Positions 27,971 through 40,789 are shown, counted from the first letter of the stretch. The stretch: DNA of 64,000 nucleotides from Octopus sinensis (GCF_006345805.1 NC_043001.1:37882001-37946000), one strand, 5' to 3'. Notes: generated by a model from the sequence alone, not told the origin. A program made the numbers and translations.

Positions 27971-28055
27971 ATATATATATTTGGACTTTTGTAAATAATT
28001 TTATAGCGGTCCCTGATGCAGGATGATTTAAAACTATCTACACACTTTCCATTTA

Positions 28056-29235
28056 TACAAAACTTTTATAATAACCCATCCTTATAGCTTATCTGTCCTT
28101 CCAGCTCAGACATCGGTACACTTAGTAAATACATCTTAGATAAGTATATCCCTACATTAATCAATAAATTAAAATTTAGCTTATGGTCTAATTCTTTTCA
28201 AGTTGTAGATTGGTTTACTTCTATTACTAATAAGGTAAACACTAAATTTATTCAGTTTGATATATCTAGCTTTTATTCATCCATCAACCCTATTATACTC
28301 AATAAGGCACTCTGGCATGCATACAATAAAGCAGGTCTCTCTAGAGAGGAAATTAATGTGGTACTGGCTGTCAGAAAATCAATCATTAAGTTTGATAACA
28401 AGTTGTGGGTCCGGAAGGATAATCCCAACGCCTTTGATGTCCCAATGGGAAGTTCAGATTCTGCTCAAATTGCAGATTTAGTCGGCATATATATACTTCA
28501 TGAAATGGCTGACCAGTTCCCAGACATCTGTGAAGGTCTATATCGTGATGATTGTTCGCTTTACCTCCAAAACAGTTCCAATCAAAAAATACAGAAGGTT
28601 AAGAATAGGTTAGTTAGGTCTTTTGTAAAATGGGCTTTCACATCATTTTTGACGATGAGATAACTAAAGCTAACTTCTTAGATATTACTCTTAATTTGCA
28701 TAATAACTCATACTTCCCATTCCACAAACCTTCCACCAATCTCAAGTATATAAGTCCATCCAGTAATCACGCTAGGGCAATTACTAAGAATTTAGTTAAA
28801 AACATTTCAGTTAGATTGTCTAAACTATTTGCCAATGATGACAATTTTAACGACAAGGCAGAATTTTATAACTCTGCTTTAGTTAAAGCAGGGTATAAAG
28901 AAAATGGCACATACATTGATTCTGCTCAATCTCATCCTTCATCTACTATTCGAGACAAGAAATCTAGTTGTAATAAGAAGAGTGACTTTAATTCTAATAT
29001 TGAAACCAATACAAAACATGATAAAATTCCTTTACGGGGTAAGAGAGGCAAGTGTTATTTAAGCCCATTTTTTCACTCTAGAGGTATTTCACCAATCTTT
29101 ATAGATAGTACCACTTACAATTTGACTTACTAGGAAAACTTTGGTTTGTTATTCCGTATGGAAGTCAAATTAAATCTAATCTTCCTTTGCAGTTCCGTGA
29201 AGCGGTTGGTAAGAACTTTCCAAAAAATTCTATAA
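28056..29235 (+). mobile_element. Penelope-like element RT fragment
   Basis: NFYNNP, FIQFDISSFYSSI, DVPMGS, GLYRDD, NFLDITL, LWFVIPY...KNFP. Confidence 0.88.
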
Positions 29236-29350
29236 ATAAAGCCTAGAAAAAATGATGTTTTATAAACACATTCTACCAGTATACGAAGTTTAAAAGTGTT
29301 TAGTTAACTAGAAATTGTGTTGACATCTGCCATTCAAAAGGAAAAGATCC
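29236..29350. mobile_element. Solo right TIR of the 32007-32714 element
   Basis: Ends CTGCCATTCAAAAGGAAAAGATCC. Confidence 0.75.
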
Positions 29351-29416
29351 CATATATACGCTTATCCATCTATACATACATATATATGTGCGTGTGTGTG
29401 TGTGTGTGTGTGTGTA

Positions 29417-29796
29417 CGACAATATTTTCAAGGATAACAGTTAAAATTCAAATTTGCTTTTATTATTATTATTTATTCTTTTTTTATTTTTTATTTTTCT
29501 TCCACACATACATATACAATACATACATATATCTACACACATATGCATGCATGTACATACTCATACACTAACATACTCACACAACACACAACACATACAC
29601 ACATGTACACACACACACACATCTACACATACATACATACGTATGAAACTATGTATGCTCATATGGTTATATATAACTACATATGTGCATTTCAGTATCA
29701 CGCATCTCAACATGTATGTATGTATGAATGAATTTCCACATGTAAATAAGAGAAAGCAAATTTGAATTTTAACCGTTATCCTTGAAAATAGTGCCG
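29417..29796. mobile_element. TA-flanked MITE
   Basis: ~45-bp TIRs (CGACAATATTTTCAAGGATAAC...) with TA on both sides and microsatellite interior. Confidence 0.75.
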
Positions 29797-29800
29797 TATA

Positions 29801-31064
29801 TCAGGTCATCCCATAAGTTCTGTCCGAATTTTGAATATAGAAAACAAGTGATCAAATGTTATATTTAATTGAAATTTAATCATCAATGTACTTTCCTTGA
29901 TTATCTATGACTTTCTTCCATCTATTTACAAGCTTTTTAATCCTATCAATGTAAAACTCTTTTGGTTTCAAAGCGAAGAACTCTGAAATGTCAGTTTCGA
30001 CCTCCACCTGGCTTGCGAAAGTTATGTCCCCCAAATGATTCTGTAAACTACGAAACAAATAGAAGTCTGAAGGAGCAAGATCAGGAGAATAAGGTGGTTG
30101 AGGATTTTTTTCCCAACCAAGCTCTTCGATCTTCTGTGATGTGATCTTTGCAATGTGGGGTCGCACATTGTCCTGATGAAACATCATTCCTTTTCGATTC
30201 ACTAAAGCGGGTCTTTATTTCTTCAAAGCTTGGTTCAAACGCTCTAATTGCTGACAGTAGACATGAGCATTAATTGTTGCATTAGGTGGTAACAATTCAA
30301 ACTGAATTACTCCTTTGCAATCCCACCAGATAGAGAGAAGAACCTTTTTCCCATGAAGTTCCCTTCTCGTTGTGGTTCAGTTTACGACATTTAACATTTC
30401 GATAGAAGATCCATTTTTCGTCACCAGTCACAAGTCTATCCAGAAAGGGGGAAATGAGTTCATGAGAATGGAGAGAAGAGCAGATGTCAACTCGGGATTT
30501 GCGGTGGCTTTCGGACAATTCATGAGGCACCCATTTTCCAAGATTAGGAACCTTTCCAAGTTGTTGAAGATGACGATGAACAGTTGTATGGTTTGATCTA
30601 AGTTTTATTGTCAAATTCTTCAACTGATAATGCAGGATTTTCTTCAAGTAATGCCTTAAGGAGCTTATCATCAAACTCAATTGGATGCCCTGTTCGATCT
30701 TCATCTTCAAGGCTGAAATCTCCACTTCTGAATTTTGCAAAGCATCTTCTGCAAGTTCTTTCATTCAAGCATTTTTTCCCATAAACTGAGTGTATGTTTC
30801 GAGTCGCTTCAGCTGTAGAATTTCCTTTTTTGTACTCATAAAGCATTATGTGCCTTAAATGCTCTTTGGATACTTTCACGTTAGAAAGGGTTTTAATCAA
30901 AGAAATTTTAATTCTATTATTCTCTAAAATAATATTTAATTAGTTTAAATGCACACAAATGCATAAAAATAATTTTTAATTCCATTAGACATCCTAAAAT
31001 ACTAATAAATTTCATTCAATTTTAGAAAAGGTAAAATCAGACAGAACTTTATGGGATGACCTGA
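29801..31064 (-). mobile_element. Full-length mariner transposon with frameshifted transposase
   Basis: TIRs TCAGGTCATCCCATAA(A)GTTCTGTC, TA TSD; WVPHEL, TGDEKW, HQDN, YSPDLAPSD split over three frames. Confidence 0.95.
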
Positions 31065-31614
31065 TATATATGTATAGATGGATAAGTGTAGATGTGTGTA
31101 TACTTTAAGATTATACGCATATTTGTGAGTGTGTGTGTCTATATGATTGTGTATACTTGTATATATGTATTAGTAAAGTTATATGTGCATATATGTATCT
31201 AAGACGTATGTATTCAAACTTAGACGGTGGTGAGAGGGACAAACATACACACATAAACATATATATATGTGTGTGTATGTGTGTGTGTGTATCTATATAT
31301 ATATATATATGTATATGAGTGTGTATATACAACCTTCAATAAAGTAACAGTCATGTATACAACTTCAACAGACACATATCAGTACATAAACGTACGTTCA
31401 TATGTACATACACATGTACACATACACAGACACGTCTACAAACTTACCTAAATAATCACGTACATATATAAGTACATACGTACAACAAACTTACATACAT
31501 ACATACATACATGCATACATACATACACACATACATGTGTATAAGCATGCACACATGCATACGCATGTACACATATGCATACGCATATGCATACGCACAT
31601 ACATACATACATAC

Positions 31615-31880
31615 ATGATGGCTGCCCCCTCGTTATCGAGTATGGCCATTGCACGAAGCTTAACTGTTACTGGTGCTGTGATCGAATGTGACTTTTTAGC
31701 CCAGCCAAAGATCTACAATGTCTTGTACAAAATTGGCAACTAAAACCTTTACTGGTAATAGTCAGCTGAAGTTGTAACTGGGCTTCATGTACCTTTGCAT
31801 GTCGTTTAAGTCCTCCTGCCAAATTACACTCTCTTCCACATGCCCAACAGATATGATTAGTATGGTATGTTACACCACCA
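31615..31880 (-). mobile_element. RTE-1 3' end fragment
   Basis: CWACGREC...LKRH and CQFCTRHCRSLAGLKSH C-terminal zinc-finger-like motifs followed by a 3' tail. Confidence 0.65.
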
Positions 31881-32006
31881 CCAGTATACATACATACATG
31901 CATCCATCCATCCATACATACATTCATACATACATACATACATACATACATACATACATACATACATACATACATACATACATACATACATACATACATA
32001 CATACA

Positions 32007-32714
32007 GGATCTTTTCCTTTTGAACGGCAGACAATTTCTAGTTAACTAAACACTTTAAAACTTCGTATACTGGTAGAATGTGTCAAAATAAAAGATTTTT
32101 TTCTCTTGGCTTTCTTGAGAAAATTGTAATTTGTTTGTTTAAGGTAGTTTAATTTTTCGAATTTTAACCAATCCTATGCTCTCTTTTGAGCTAAAATCAT
32201 TTGCTGCATCTAAAACTGAGACAACATCCTGTAACTAATCCTAAACCTTCCCCTAATCCTAACCCTAACCCTAAATTATTTTTTTCTTAATTGTTAAATT
32301 AATTTAATTGTTATGCGTGTATACACATACAGAAAGCATGTGTATAAAATTATAAAATTATTTTGTTTGTTAATTGTTTAAATTATTTTCCATTGCTTTA
32401 GTTTTTTTTACATGCGTAACAATTACATTAATTTAACAATTAAGAAAAAAAAGTTTAGGGTTAGGGTTAGTTACAGGATGTTGTCTCAGTTTTAGATGCA
32501 GCAAATGATTTTAGTTAAATGGAGGTAATCGATTGGTTAAAATTGCCAAAATGCTCGGATTTTCAGACGAAATATCTTACAAACTATAGAATTTTCTCAA
32601 TAAAACCAAGAGAAAATGATGTTTTATTAACACATTCTACCAGTATACGAAGTTTAAAACTTTTTAGTTACCTAGAAATTATGTTACAAACTGCCGTTCA
32701 AAAGGAAAAGATCC
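32007..32714. mobile_element. 708-bp fold-back MITE with internal telomere-like repeats
   Basis: GGATCTTTTCCTTTTGAACGGCAG TIRs, long internal inverted arms, CCTAAC runs at 32252-32274 and TTAGGG at 32455-32470; no TSD found. Confidence 0.8.
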
Positions 32715-33590
32715 AAAAGGAGTACTCAAATACCAGAGGTAGAGTAATATGCTTTATTTAAAAGCAGCAGAAATATAACAAAAGCTGTTACTCAGTTTCA
32801 CGTTCCCGTTCATCCGACAGTTTTGTTAAAATAGAACAGAAATAACAATATGTTCAAAATTAGTTAAAGGATACACCTTTAAAAATGGATTTGTTTCACT
32901 GGTCCTTTCAAATAACGGTCTTAAGCATGCGATAAACAAAATAATCAAAATAAATGCACTCAATATAAATTACAAAATATAAAAATCGATGAAAAACCTT
33001 AAATCGAAGAGCGGATTCAAAATTTTAATATTTCACAACATTATATACGCATACTAAACCATCAATTTACATATATACATCAAAATACACAGATAGATGT
33101 ACACAGACCACATACATATGCAGACATATATATGCAAGACATAAAGGGGGCTGAGGGAGGCAACAGAAATCATAGTGGGTATAGTCATAAAAACTATCAA
33201 TATAAGATAGCTTATCATTAGACTTAGGGTAAGGTTTGACTTTGTCTGACTGTAAATCTAAATTTATATCTAAAAAATCTACACTTTTAAGGTTAGTATC
33301 TATCGTAATCCGTAAGCCCATCCTTTGGAAGAAAGCAATTAGATCCTTCCTAAGATTTATCTGATTCATGGCCGTTTAAATTATGGGTAACTATAAGGCC
33401 ATCATCCCTATATAATCCTGCGTCTATAAACGAGAATTCTAGCTTTAGATTGTGCAAAATACAAGCTCCTATCAGCACACATAACTCAGCCCCATCGTAT
33501 GCCGCCATCGGTACATCAACAAGAGAATTCTCACTATTTTTTAACAAAGAAGAATCCTCGTACAAAAGAAGTGATTTCCTCGCATGTATG
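32715..33590 (-). mobile_element. Penelope-like fragment (RT plus 3' terminus)
   Basis: DVPMAAYDGAELC, GLYRDDGL, VDFLDINLDL; hammerhead motif downstream. Confidence 0.85.
32785..32820 (-). ncRNA. Minimal type I hammerhead ribozyme-like motif
   Basis: CTGT-CGGATGA-ACG GGAA CGT-GAAA-CTGAG-TA-ACAG. Confidence 0.7.
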
Positions 33591-33776
33591 ATAATATCTA
33601 TTTCCTACACATGTGCATATGCTTGTGTGTATGTGAGTATGTGTGTGTATGTATGTGTGTGTCTTTGTGTGTGTGTTGGTGTCATAAGTATTATTATCAC
33701 CAAACTCATACATGCATACAGACATGCAGAGAAAGAGACAGATGTATATATATGTGCGTGTGTGTGTATATGTATA

Positions 33777-33807
<31 letters not shown>

Positions 33808-33820
33808 TTGCCACTTAAAT

Positions 33821-34141
33821 GTGGCTAACCACTAAGGGTGGATGGTATTGTAGCTTGTAGCCCCAGGAGAACATCTCCAGCTGGCTATTGACACACTTTC
33901 TGTGCCCTATCAGTATTTGCAAAGGGAAGCCATCCTTCCCATCATTGACCAGACATGATATGCACGGACCTGGGTGTCCAATTATTTACCTGTCGTCAGC
34001 GCATGACAATCACCAGTCTTCGATGCGAAGGGGTCCCAATGGAAATACATATATCCTTTTTCTCGAAAAAGTGTAAAGCTGGAGAAGATGTTCTTCTGGG
34101 GCTACAAGCTACAGTAGCATCCACTCTTAGTGGTTAGCCAC
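33821..34141. mobile_element. MITE with ~60-bp TIRs
   Basis: GTGGCTAACCACTAAG...CTTAGTGGTTAGCCAC. Confidence 0.85.
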
Positions 34142-34178
34142 ATTTTGCCAAATATACTTCACACACACACACACACAC

Positions 34179-34246
<68 letters not shown>

Positions 34247-35001
34247 TATATATATTGAAGATATACTTTTCTGGAAAGTGATTTCATCTGAGACAGTGTA
34301 TTGAAATGTTAAAACTAAATCAATTACAGCATGGGGGAGATATATTAGACATTCAAAATGCACAGAGACTGTTAACTTCACTTATACATATATTATTTGG
34401 TGGATGTCAAACATCTCATTTAGGACATGGTTGTTGTCAGTATATATAGTATATATCAGGGTTATAAATACATTTTTAGGCATTCTGATTGTCATTGTTT
34501 GGCACTGGTAGTTGGTTCATTAAAACAGTATGTGTTTGTAATATACAAGGTTTCTCTTTCTTCTTCCTTTGGTATTGTATTGAACAGCAAGTCAGAAATG
34601 ACAACAAACAAAATAATGTATAAAGTCTATAACCACAGGTTGACACAAACTCTACAAAATCAGGTTGGGGAACAAGTATACATGTGGATGGAAATCTTGC
34701 TATTTTCCACATTACTGAAAACAGAAAAATAAGATGCACTTAAATCTTTATGATAAAATTTGTTTTTAAAGGTATGATTTTCTAATTAATGATGTTATAA
34801 TTTCAAGATTTCACATAATGAGATGTTGATTGTATCAGGGATAATGGATAAATACATGTATTCATATGTTGTAAATTAGTACATTACGTCATGATCTGAA
34901 GTATTTTTATAAAAATTTGTTTGTCTTCATGTAAGTATTTGCTTATCTGTCTCTTCATCTATATATTGGTCTATCCATCCATCTTGCATTGTTTTACCTA
35001 G

Positions 35002-35246
35002 GTTATATGGTTTCTACTGGACAAAGCAAATGTACATCACAAATGAAATGGAAAGCGGCTACTTGGGGAGAAGCTGGGAAGCCTTTTTCCTTCTTATATC
35101 GAATAAATGGAAATGGTAAGGTTAGCTTAACAGTAACTTGTGCTGAATATGGTATACCTTGGGATACTCCTCATAAAATATGGACTTGTAATGCATCTCC
35201 AGCACATGAATGGACAAAGGCTCACATAAATTGCCCTTATAATTTG
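35002..35246 (+). CDS. Exon 3, core of MAM-like domain
   Basis: ttttacctag|GT...TTG|gtaaga, 245 nt, phase 1-0. Reads GYMVSTGQSKC...FSFLYRINGNGKVSLTVTC...KIWTC...EWTKAHINCPYNL, following the MAM pattern (GYM, FxFxY, W, WxxA). Confidence 0.8.
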
Positions 35247-37249
35247 GTAAGAATTCCTTATTGTCAAAATTCTTTTGCTAATATCACTTCTCTTTCTCTC
35301 TCTCTTTCACACAGATGCACATATGGACACATTAATTCACACATACATACACATAAACACACATACATGGACACACGAGGTTACACAGGCATAAAATGGA
35401 CACATGAATACAGACACACATGCATGTGCAAATACAGTAAACGCAGACACATGGACATGCATGCAGACACACATAAATACATACAGACACACAAGCACAT
35501 GCTCATTAACATACACACATGGACACATACACATGTACACACACATGTGGACATACACATGTGGAATACACACACACACATGTGCACACATTTCGTGCAC
35601 ACACACAAACAAAACCAATTCTATTGCATGTGATCTCTTGACCATTTCCTATTGCTGTTCTTGCCTGAAAAATGGTAGGATGACTTTGTTTGGGAAAACC
35701 AAGGCACTTTAAGAAGTGATGGGAGCTTTGCCTCATCTCCTTATACTATGGACAGTCATAATGGGAACTAAACTGTAATTCAATAAGGTTTGCTATGAAA
35801 TGCATGATGGGAGTGATAAGAAGAAAATACACATACGTCTGTTTTTATAAATGACCACAGTTCATTGGGCCAGAGCTTACATTTGGTTTCTGAGGTATTA
35901 AGTAGATGACAGTTTAAAAAAAACTAGCTTTGAAAAAGATAACAGACTTTGTGGGTAACACTTCCCATAGCACCTTATCACACAAATTCATGCTGTGCCC
36001 ACTAGGCAATTTGAAGCACAGCTACAGCTAATAATCCTTTGGAAATAGGAAGTTTCAGCCAATGAAAATGACATGATATTCTGTTAAATCAAATACCTAA
36101 TTGCATACTAAATGGAATTCACAAAAAATTCGTTAAAAATTTATATTTATGTCTTATTTTGACAGGAAAAAAATTTAGAAAGTAGTTTTTATTAGACAGG
36201 ACAGTGAGAGTAATAGGCATGTTTCTATCTTATAGAATTTCATCAGCAGAGCTTTGTCAGAACAAAATTTACTTGATCAATTGACAATAGTGTTATACAT
36301 AGATAGATGATTACAAAAATAGCAAAAGAAACATCCCTAGCAATATCTGTTGTAATATTATGAAAAATTTTCAGATGCAGCACAAATTTTATTCAGTGAA
36401 AAGGACACAGTTTTGAACAATGAAAATTTTGACTCAACATTACAAATAAATGTTCAAGTGAAGTTAATGGTCTTGTATGATTCTAAATGGCTAATTTATG
36501 TCTTCTGCATTGCAATCACATTAATTTGCCTCATATCAAATAAAACTGAATCAACAGATCTGACTAATATTTTCAAATGGATTAAAATAAGCAAAGGGGG
36601 CAATATTCTGGTAGCAGGACATGAGTTGCCAGCATCTTGACTAGTTTTCCAATACTCTACCAACTCTATTGAGTGATGTTGGAACATCACTCAATATCTC
36701 AAACTTCTTGAAGACAAGTTAGCTTAATGGACAATATTAAATAGTTTTTAAATAGCTATATTGCCATGTACCTTAACCTTAGATCTTGTCTTTAAGGTTT
36801 CCATGAGTTCAACATCATTTATTTTCAAGCAAACATTTAGCTATATTAAACATTGATGTCATCCATTAAGAGCTCAGAGCATACTTTCTTCCAGCATACA
36901 TGTAGTTTTTATGTGCATTTGGTTCATCTTTTGTCCCTGTCTACATTTATTTCTTTATTGCCCAGAAGGGGCTAAACACAGAGGGGACAAACAAAGAGAT
37001 TAAGCCAATTGCATCGACCCCAGTGCGTAACTGGTACATATTTTATTGACCCTCAAAGGATGAAAGGTAAAGTCAACCACAGCGAAATTTTAGCTCAGAA
37101 CGTAACAACAGACAAAATACCGCTAAGCATTTCATTCGACATGCTAACGTTTCTGCCAGCTCACTGCCTGTCTACATTAGCTAATTCTTAGGATGTCCAG
37201 TAACTTTCTAAATTCTGCAGCTCTCACACTTCTTATAAATCAATGTTAC

Positions 37250-37620
37250 ATATCGAGTGATCTGTCCTTTACTGATATTGAGTGTGAGACCATTCACCAA
37301 GGTGAGAGCCCTCTGATGGGTGATATATGTAAGTCATCGGTGGATCTGGATCTATGAAAACTGCACTGGTGGTCATTAAGGAGAGGTATTGGAGAACGTT
37401 GTGGTCAACAGCTGTCTCCAAAATAATGTAATAATTGGCAGGTGGTGATTTTCTAGGTAATGAGGTACGCTGTAGCATGTTTTCAAAGATCCTAGTAGAG
37501 AGGGAGAAATTGAAGAGTCTAGTAAGTATTGGGGTTAGCTCTGAGTGGGTGCAATGTTTAAAAATAACGGAAAGGACTTTTTCTGGGCTGGTTAGGATTT
37601 TTTAACTCTACTACTTAAGT
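37250..37620 (-). mobile_element. Possible decayed Penelope-like fragment
   Basis: IILET..DHN..LQ.L...F..P.P...Y pattern resembles the PLE RT-EN linker. Confidence 0.35.
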
Positions 37621-38160
37621 TCTCTGCTAACTCAAAATAAATAGATTTGACAAGTAGAACTTCTTCATTGGGAATTAATCTAATTATTATAGTGAAATAA
37701 ATATATTATTTGTTAAAAAATACATCATAGTGGTTAATTATTCAGAGATTATATCTGCATTAAAAAAATATATTTAAGTTGTTATTTCTATGTTTAATAT
37801 ACTATAAGTTAATATTTTATGTTCATTATATACAATATATTAACACTAATTTAACTATATTATTTACTGTCCACTTGATAAAAAAAAAGACATACTCACA
37901 AATACGAAGTAATGGAAGTTGATATTTGGTCAACAACATTCAGGAAAACCAAATATACATAACATACAACAAAAATCGCCCTACAGTCTCATCATGACAT
38001 TCATAAAATCAAATACAAATTGATAAGCATTGTATCATTTTACATGTACATTTGGTCAAAGCAAGTAGAGCATTATATTAAAACATTACATAGTACATCA
38101 AATGATATAACCACACTGGGATATAATTGTACCACCCTGTCTTATAACTGGATAGGTGTA

Positions 38161-39715
38161 TCAAAATCAAATCAAATCAAATCAAACCAAATCAAAATAG
38201 ATGAACATCAATGGAATTTGTATCTTTGTGGTACCAGTACCGGTGGCACACAAGAAAACCATCCGAACGTGGCCGTAGCCAGTACCGCATCGACTGGCCT
38301 CTGTGATGTGGGCACATAACAAACACCATCCGATCGTGGCCGTCCACCAGCCTCATCTGGCACCTGTGTCGGTGGCACATAAAAACACCAACCGAAGACC
38401 CGGCAAGACTAGTCAGGCCATAACCCGTGGCCCCTACTTGGGACGTAGTTAGTCCACCTGTGCATACCTTCCTTCCTTCTTGTGACACTTGTGAAGACCT
38501 GTGAAGACCTGTTGAGGCAAGTGAAAATCAAATCAAATCAGATCAAAATAGATGAACATCAATGGAATTTGTATCTTTGTGGTACCAGTGCCGGTGGCAC
38601 ACAAGAAAACCATCCGAACGTGGCCATAGCCAGTACCGCGTCGACTGGCCTCCGTGCTGTGGGCACGCAACAAACACCATCCGATCGTGGCCGTTCGCCA
38701 GCCTCATCTGGCACCTGTGTCGGTGGCACATAAAAACACCATCCGAAGACCGGCAAGACTAGTCAGGCCATAACCCGTGGCCCCTACCTGGGACGTAGTC
38801 AGTCCACCTGTGCATACCTTCCTTCTTGTGACACTTGTGAAGACCTGTTGAGGCAAGTGAAAATCAAATCAAATCAAAACAAATCAAAATAGATGAACAT
38901 CAATGGAATTTGTATCTTTGTGGTACCAGTGCCGGTGGCACACAAGAAAACCATCCGAACGTGGCCGTAGCCAGTACCGCGTCGACTGGCCTCCATGCTG
39001 TGGGCACGCAACAAACACCATCCGATCGTGGCCGTTCGCCAGCCTCATCTGGCACCTGTGTCGGTGGCACATAAAAACACCATCCGAAGACCCGGCAAGA
39101 CTAGTCAGGCCATAACCCGTGGCCCCTACCTGGGACGTAGTCAGTCCACCTGTGCATACCTTCCTTCTTGTGACACTTGTGAAGACCTGTTGAGGCAAGT
39201 GAAAATCAAATCAAATCAAAACAAATCAAAATAGATGAACATCAATGGAATTTGTATCTTTGTGGTACCAGTGCCGGTGGCACACAAGAAAATCATCCGA
39301 ACGTGGCCGTAGCCAGTACCGCATAGACTGGCCTCTGTGCTTTGGGGACGTAACAAACACCATCCGATCGTGGCCGTCCGCCAGCCTCATCTGGCACCTG
39401 TGTCGGTGGCACATAAAAACACCATCCGAGCGTGGCCGTCTGCCAGCCTCGTCTGGCACCTGTGTCGGTGGCACATAAAAACACCATCCGAGCGTGGCCG
39501 TTCGCCAGCCTCGTCTGGCACCTGTGTCGGTGGCACATAAAATCACCCACTACACTCTCGGAGTGGTTGGCGTTAGGAAGGGCATCCAGCTGTAGAAACA
39601 CTGCCAGATCTGACTGGCCTGGTGCAGCCTTCGGGCTCCCCAGACCCCAGTTGAACCGTCCAACCCATGCTAGCATGGAAAACGGACGCTAAATGATGAT
39701 GATGATGATGATGAT
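38161..39715 (+). mobile_element. Multimeric RTE-tailed non-coding retroposon (array A)
   Basis: Unit marker AAAATAGATGAACATC at 38194, 38545, 38886, 39228; ends in the RTE-type 3' stem-loop and (GAT)n. Confidence 0.85.
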
Positions 39716-40161
39716 AACTAGTCAACCATATATCTGTTCTGCCATAAAGCCTGTCAGTTTAAATTCTAACTTTACGAACTCCATCTCTTTTACATAAGTT
39801 CCAAAGAACACAGAAACAGTTCCTTCTCTGAATTAACCGCTTTAAGTTATAACTTAGTCTGACACCCATAGCACTTCTACTATACCATATCAACCTGATA
39901 CAGTAAATTCCTAGGACACATGAGACTTACTTTTGGAAATGACTTCTACATTGATCTTTGATCAATTACTTAGAATCCCCTGGATAATTTTCTGAACAAG
40001 CAACAGCAACACAACTATAAAGTTCTCTACTACATGTTTAATTATAATTAATAATCATTAACCATACAAATAAAGAAAATGATTCTTGAAGCATTCCTGC
40101 TACTGAAGGATTATGTTATTTTGAAAGTTTTCAATCTCATTCTATTTTTATTCTGTTTTAG

Positions 40162-40228
40162 GATCAAATCATTATTGAAGCTGAGTTTCATGGCAAATCA
40201 AATGTCATGATTGGAAAAATATGGAATG
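40162..40228 (+). CDS. Exon 4, C-terminal strands of MAM-like domain
   Basis: ttctgttttag|GAT...AATG|gtaagt, 67 nt, phase 0-1. DQIIIEAEFHGKSNVMIGKIWN resembles MAM FQIIFE...IAID. Confidence 0.8.
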
Positions 40229-40789
40229 GTAAGTAAGTTAATTGATATTGAAATCATGGCCATCCACACATACATGCATGTCCTTTATGGTCATGCACCC
40301 CAACACTGACACTCAAATTATCTAACCCCTCTCAAAACACTCCTATCTTCCCAACACTCATGCAGCCCCCCCCCCCACCTCTTCACTCTCATATGCCTAT
40401 CCACACACTCTCCATACTCTCTCTTTGTTCCTTACTCCCCACTCCAAGCCACTCAACACTCTCATGGTACTCTCTTCCTCTATCCTCTTCTATTCCCAAT
40501 ACTCTCATGGAGCATCCTCCTCTATCCCCTCTCTATAATTTATACCCTACTCTATTGTTCACTGAGGGTAGGCTCCAATACATCTCCCACACCATCTATT
40601 TCACTCTCTCTCACTCTGTCTCTTTATCTTTCTCTCTCTTTTCCACCTTCCTATCCCTTCCTGTTCTACTGGGGTGGCCAAATATCTCCTCTATAGTAAA
40701 ACAACTATATCTGTCTCTTGATCATACTCTAGCCTGGCACACAACTACTCCCATCAGTTCTACTTCCTCTCTCAACTAAGAGGTCTTTC

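Noticed and set aside
36375-36640. Open frame after a tttcag in intron 3
   Set aside because: Phase incompatible with exon 3, no domain signal, and exons 3-4 already join in frame
39186-39215. CTGTTGAGGCAAGTGAAA as a hammerhead core in the array unit
   Set aside because: A6 is replaced and stems I-III cannot be formed; a covarying hairpin explains the segment better
39372-39423. HDV-like ribozyme fold (GGCCG...CCAGCCTC...CTGGC similarity)
   Set aside because: No consistent P1/P1.1/P2 nesting or J4/2 catalytic C could be assigned
38161-39715. CRISPR-like appearance of the repeated modules
   Set aside because: Eukaryotic context, no unique spacers, no cas genes; sequence shared with RTE 3'UTRs
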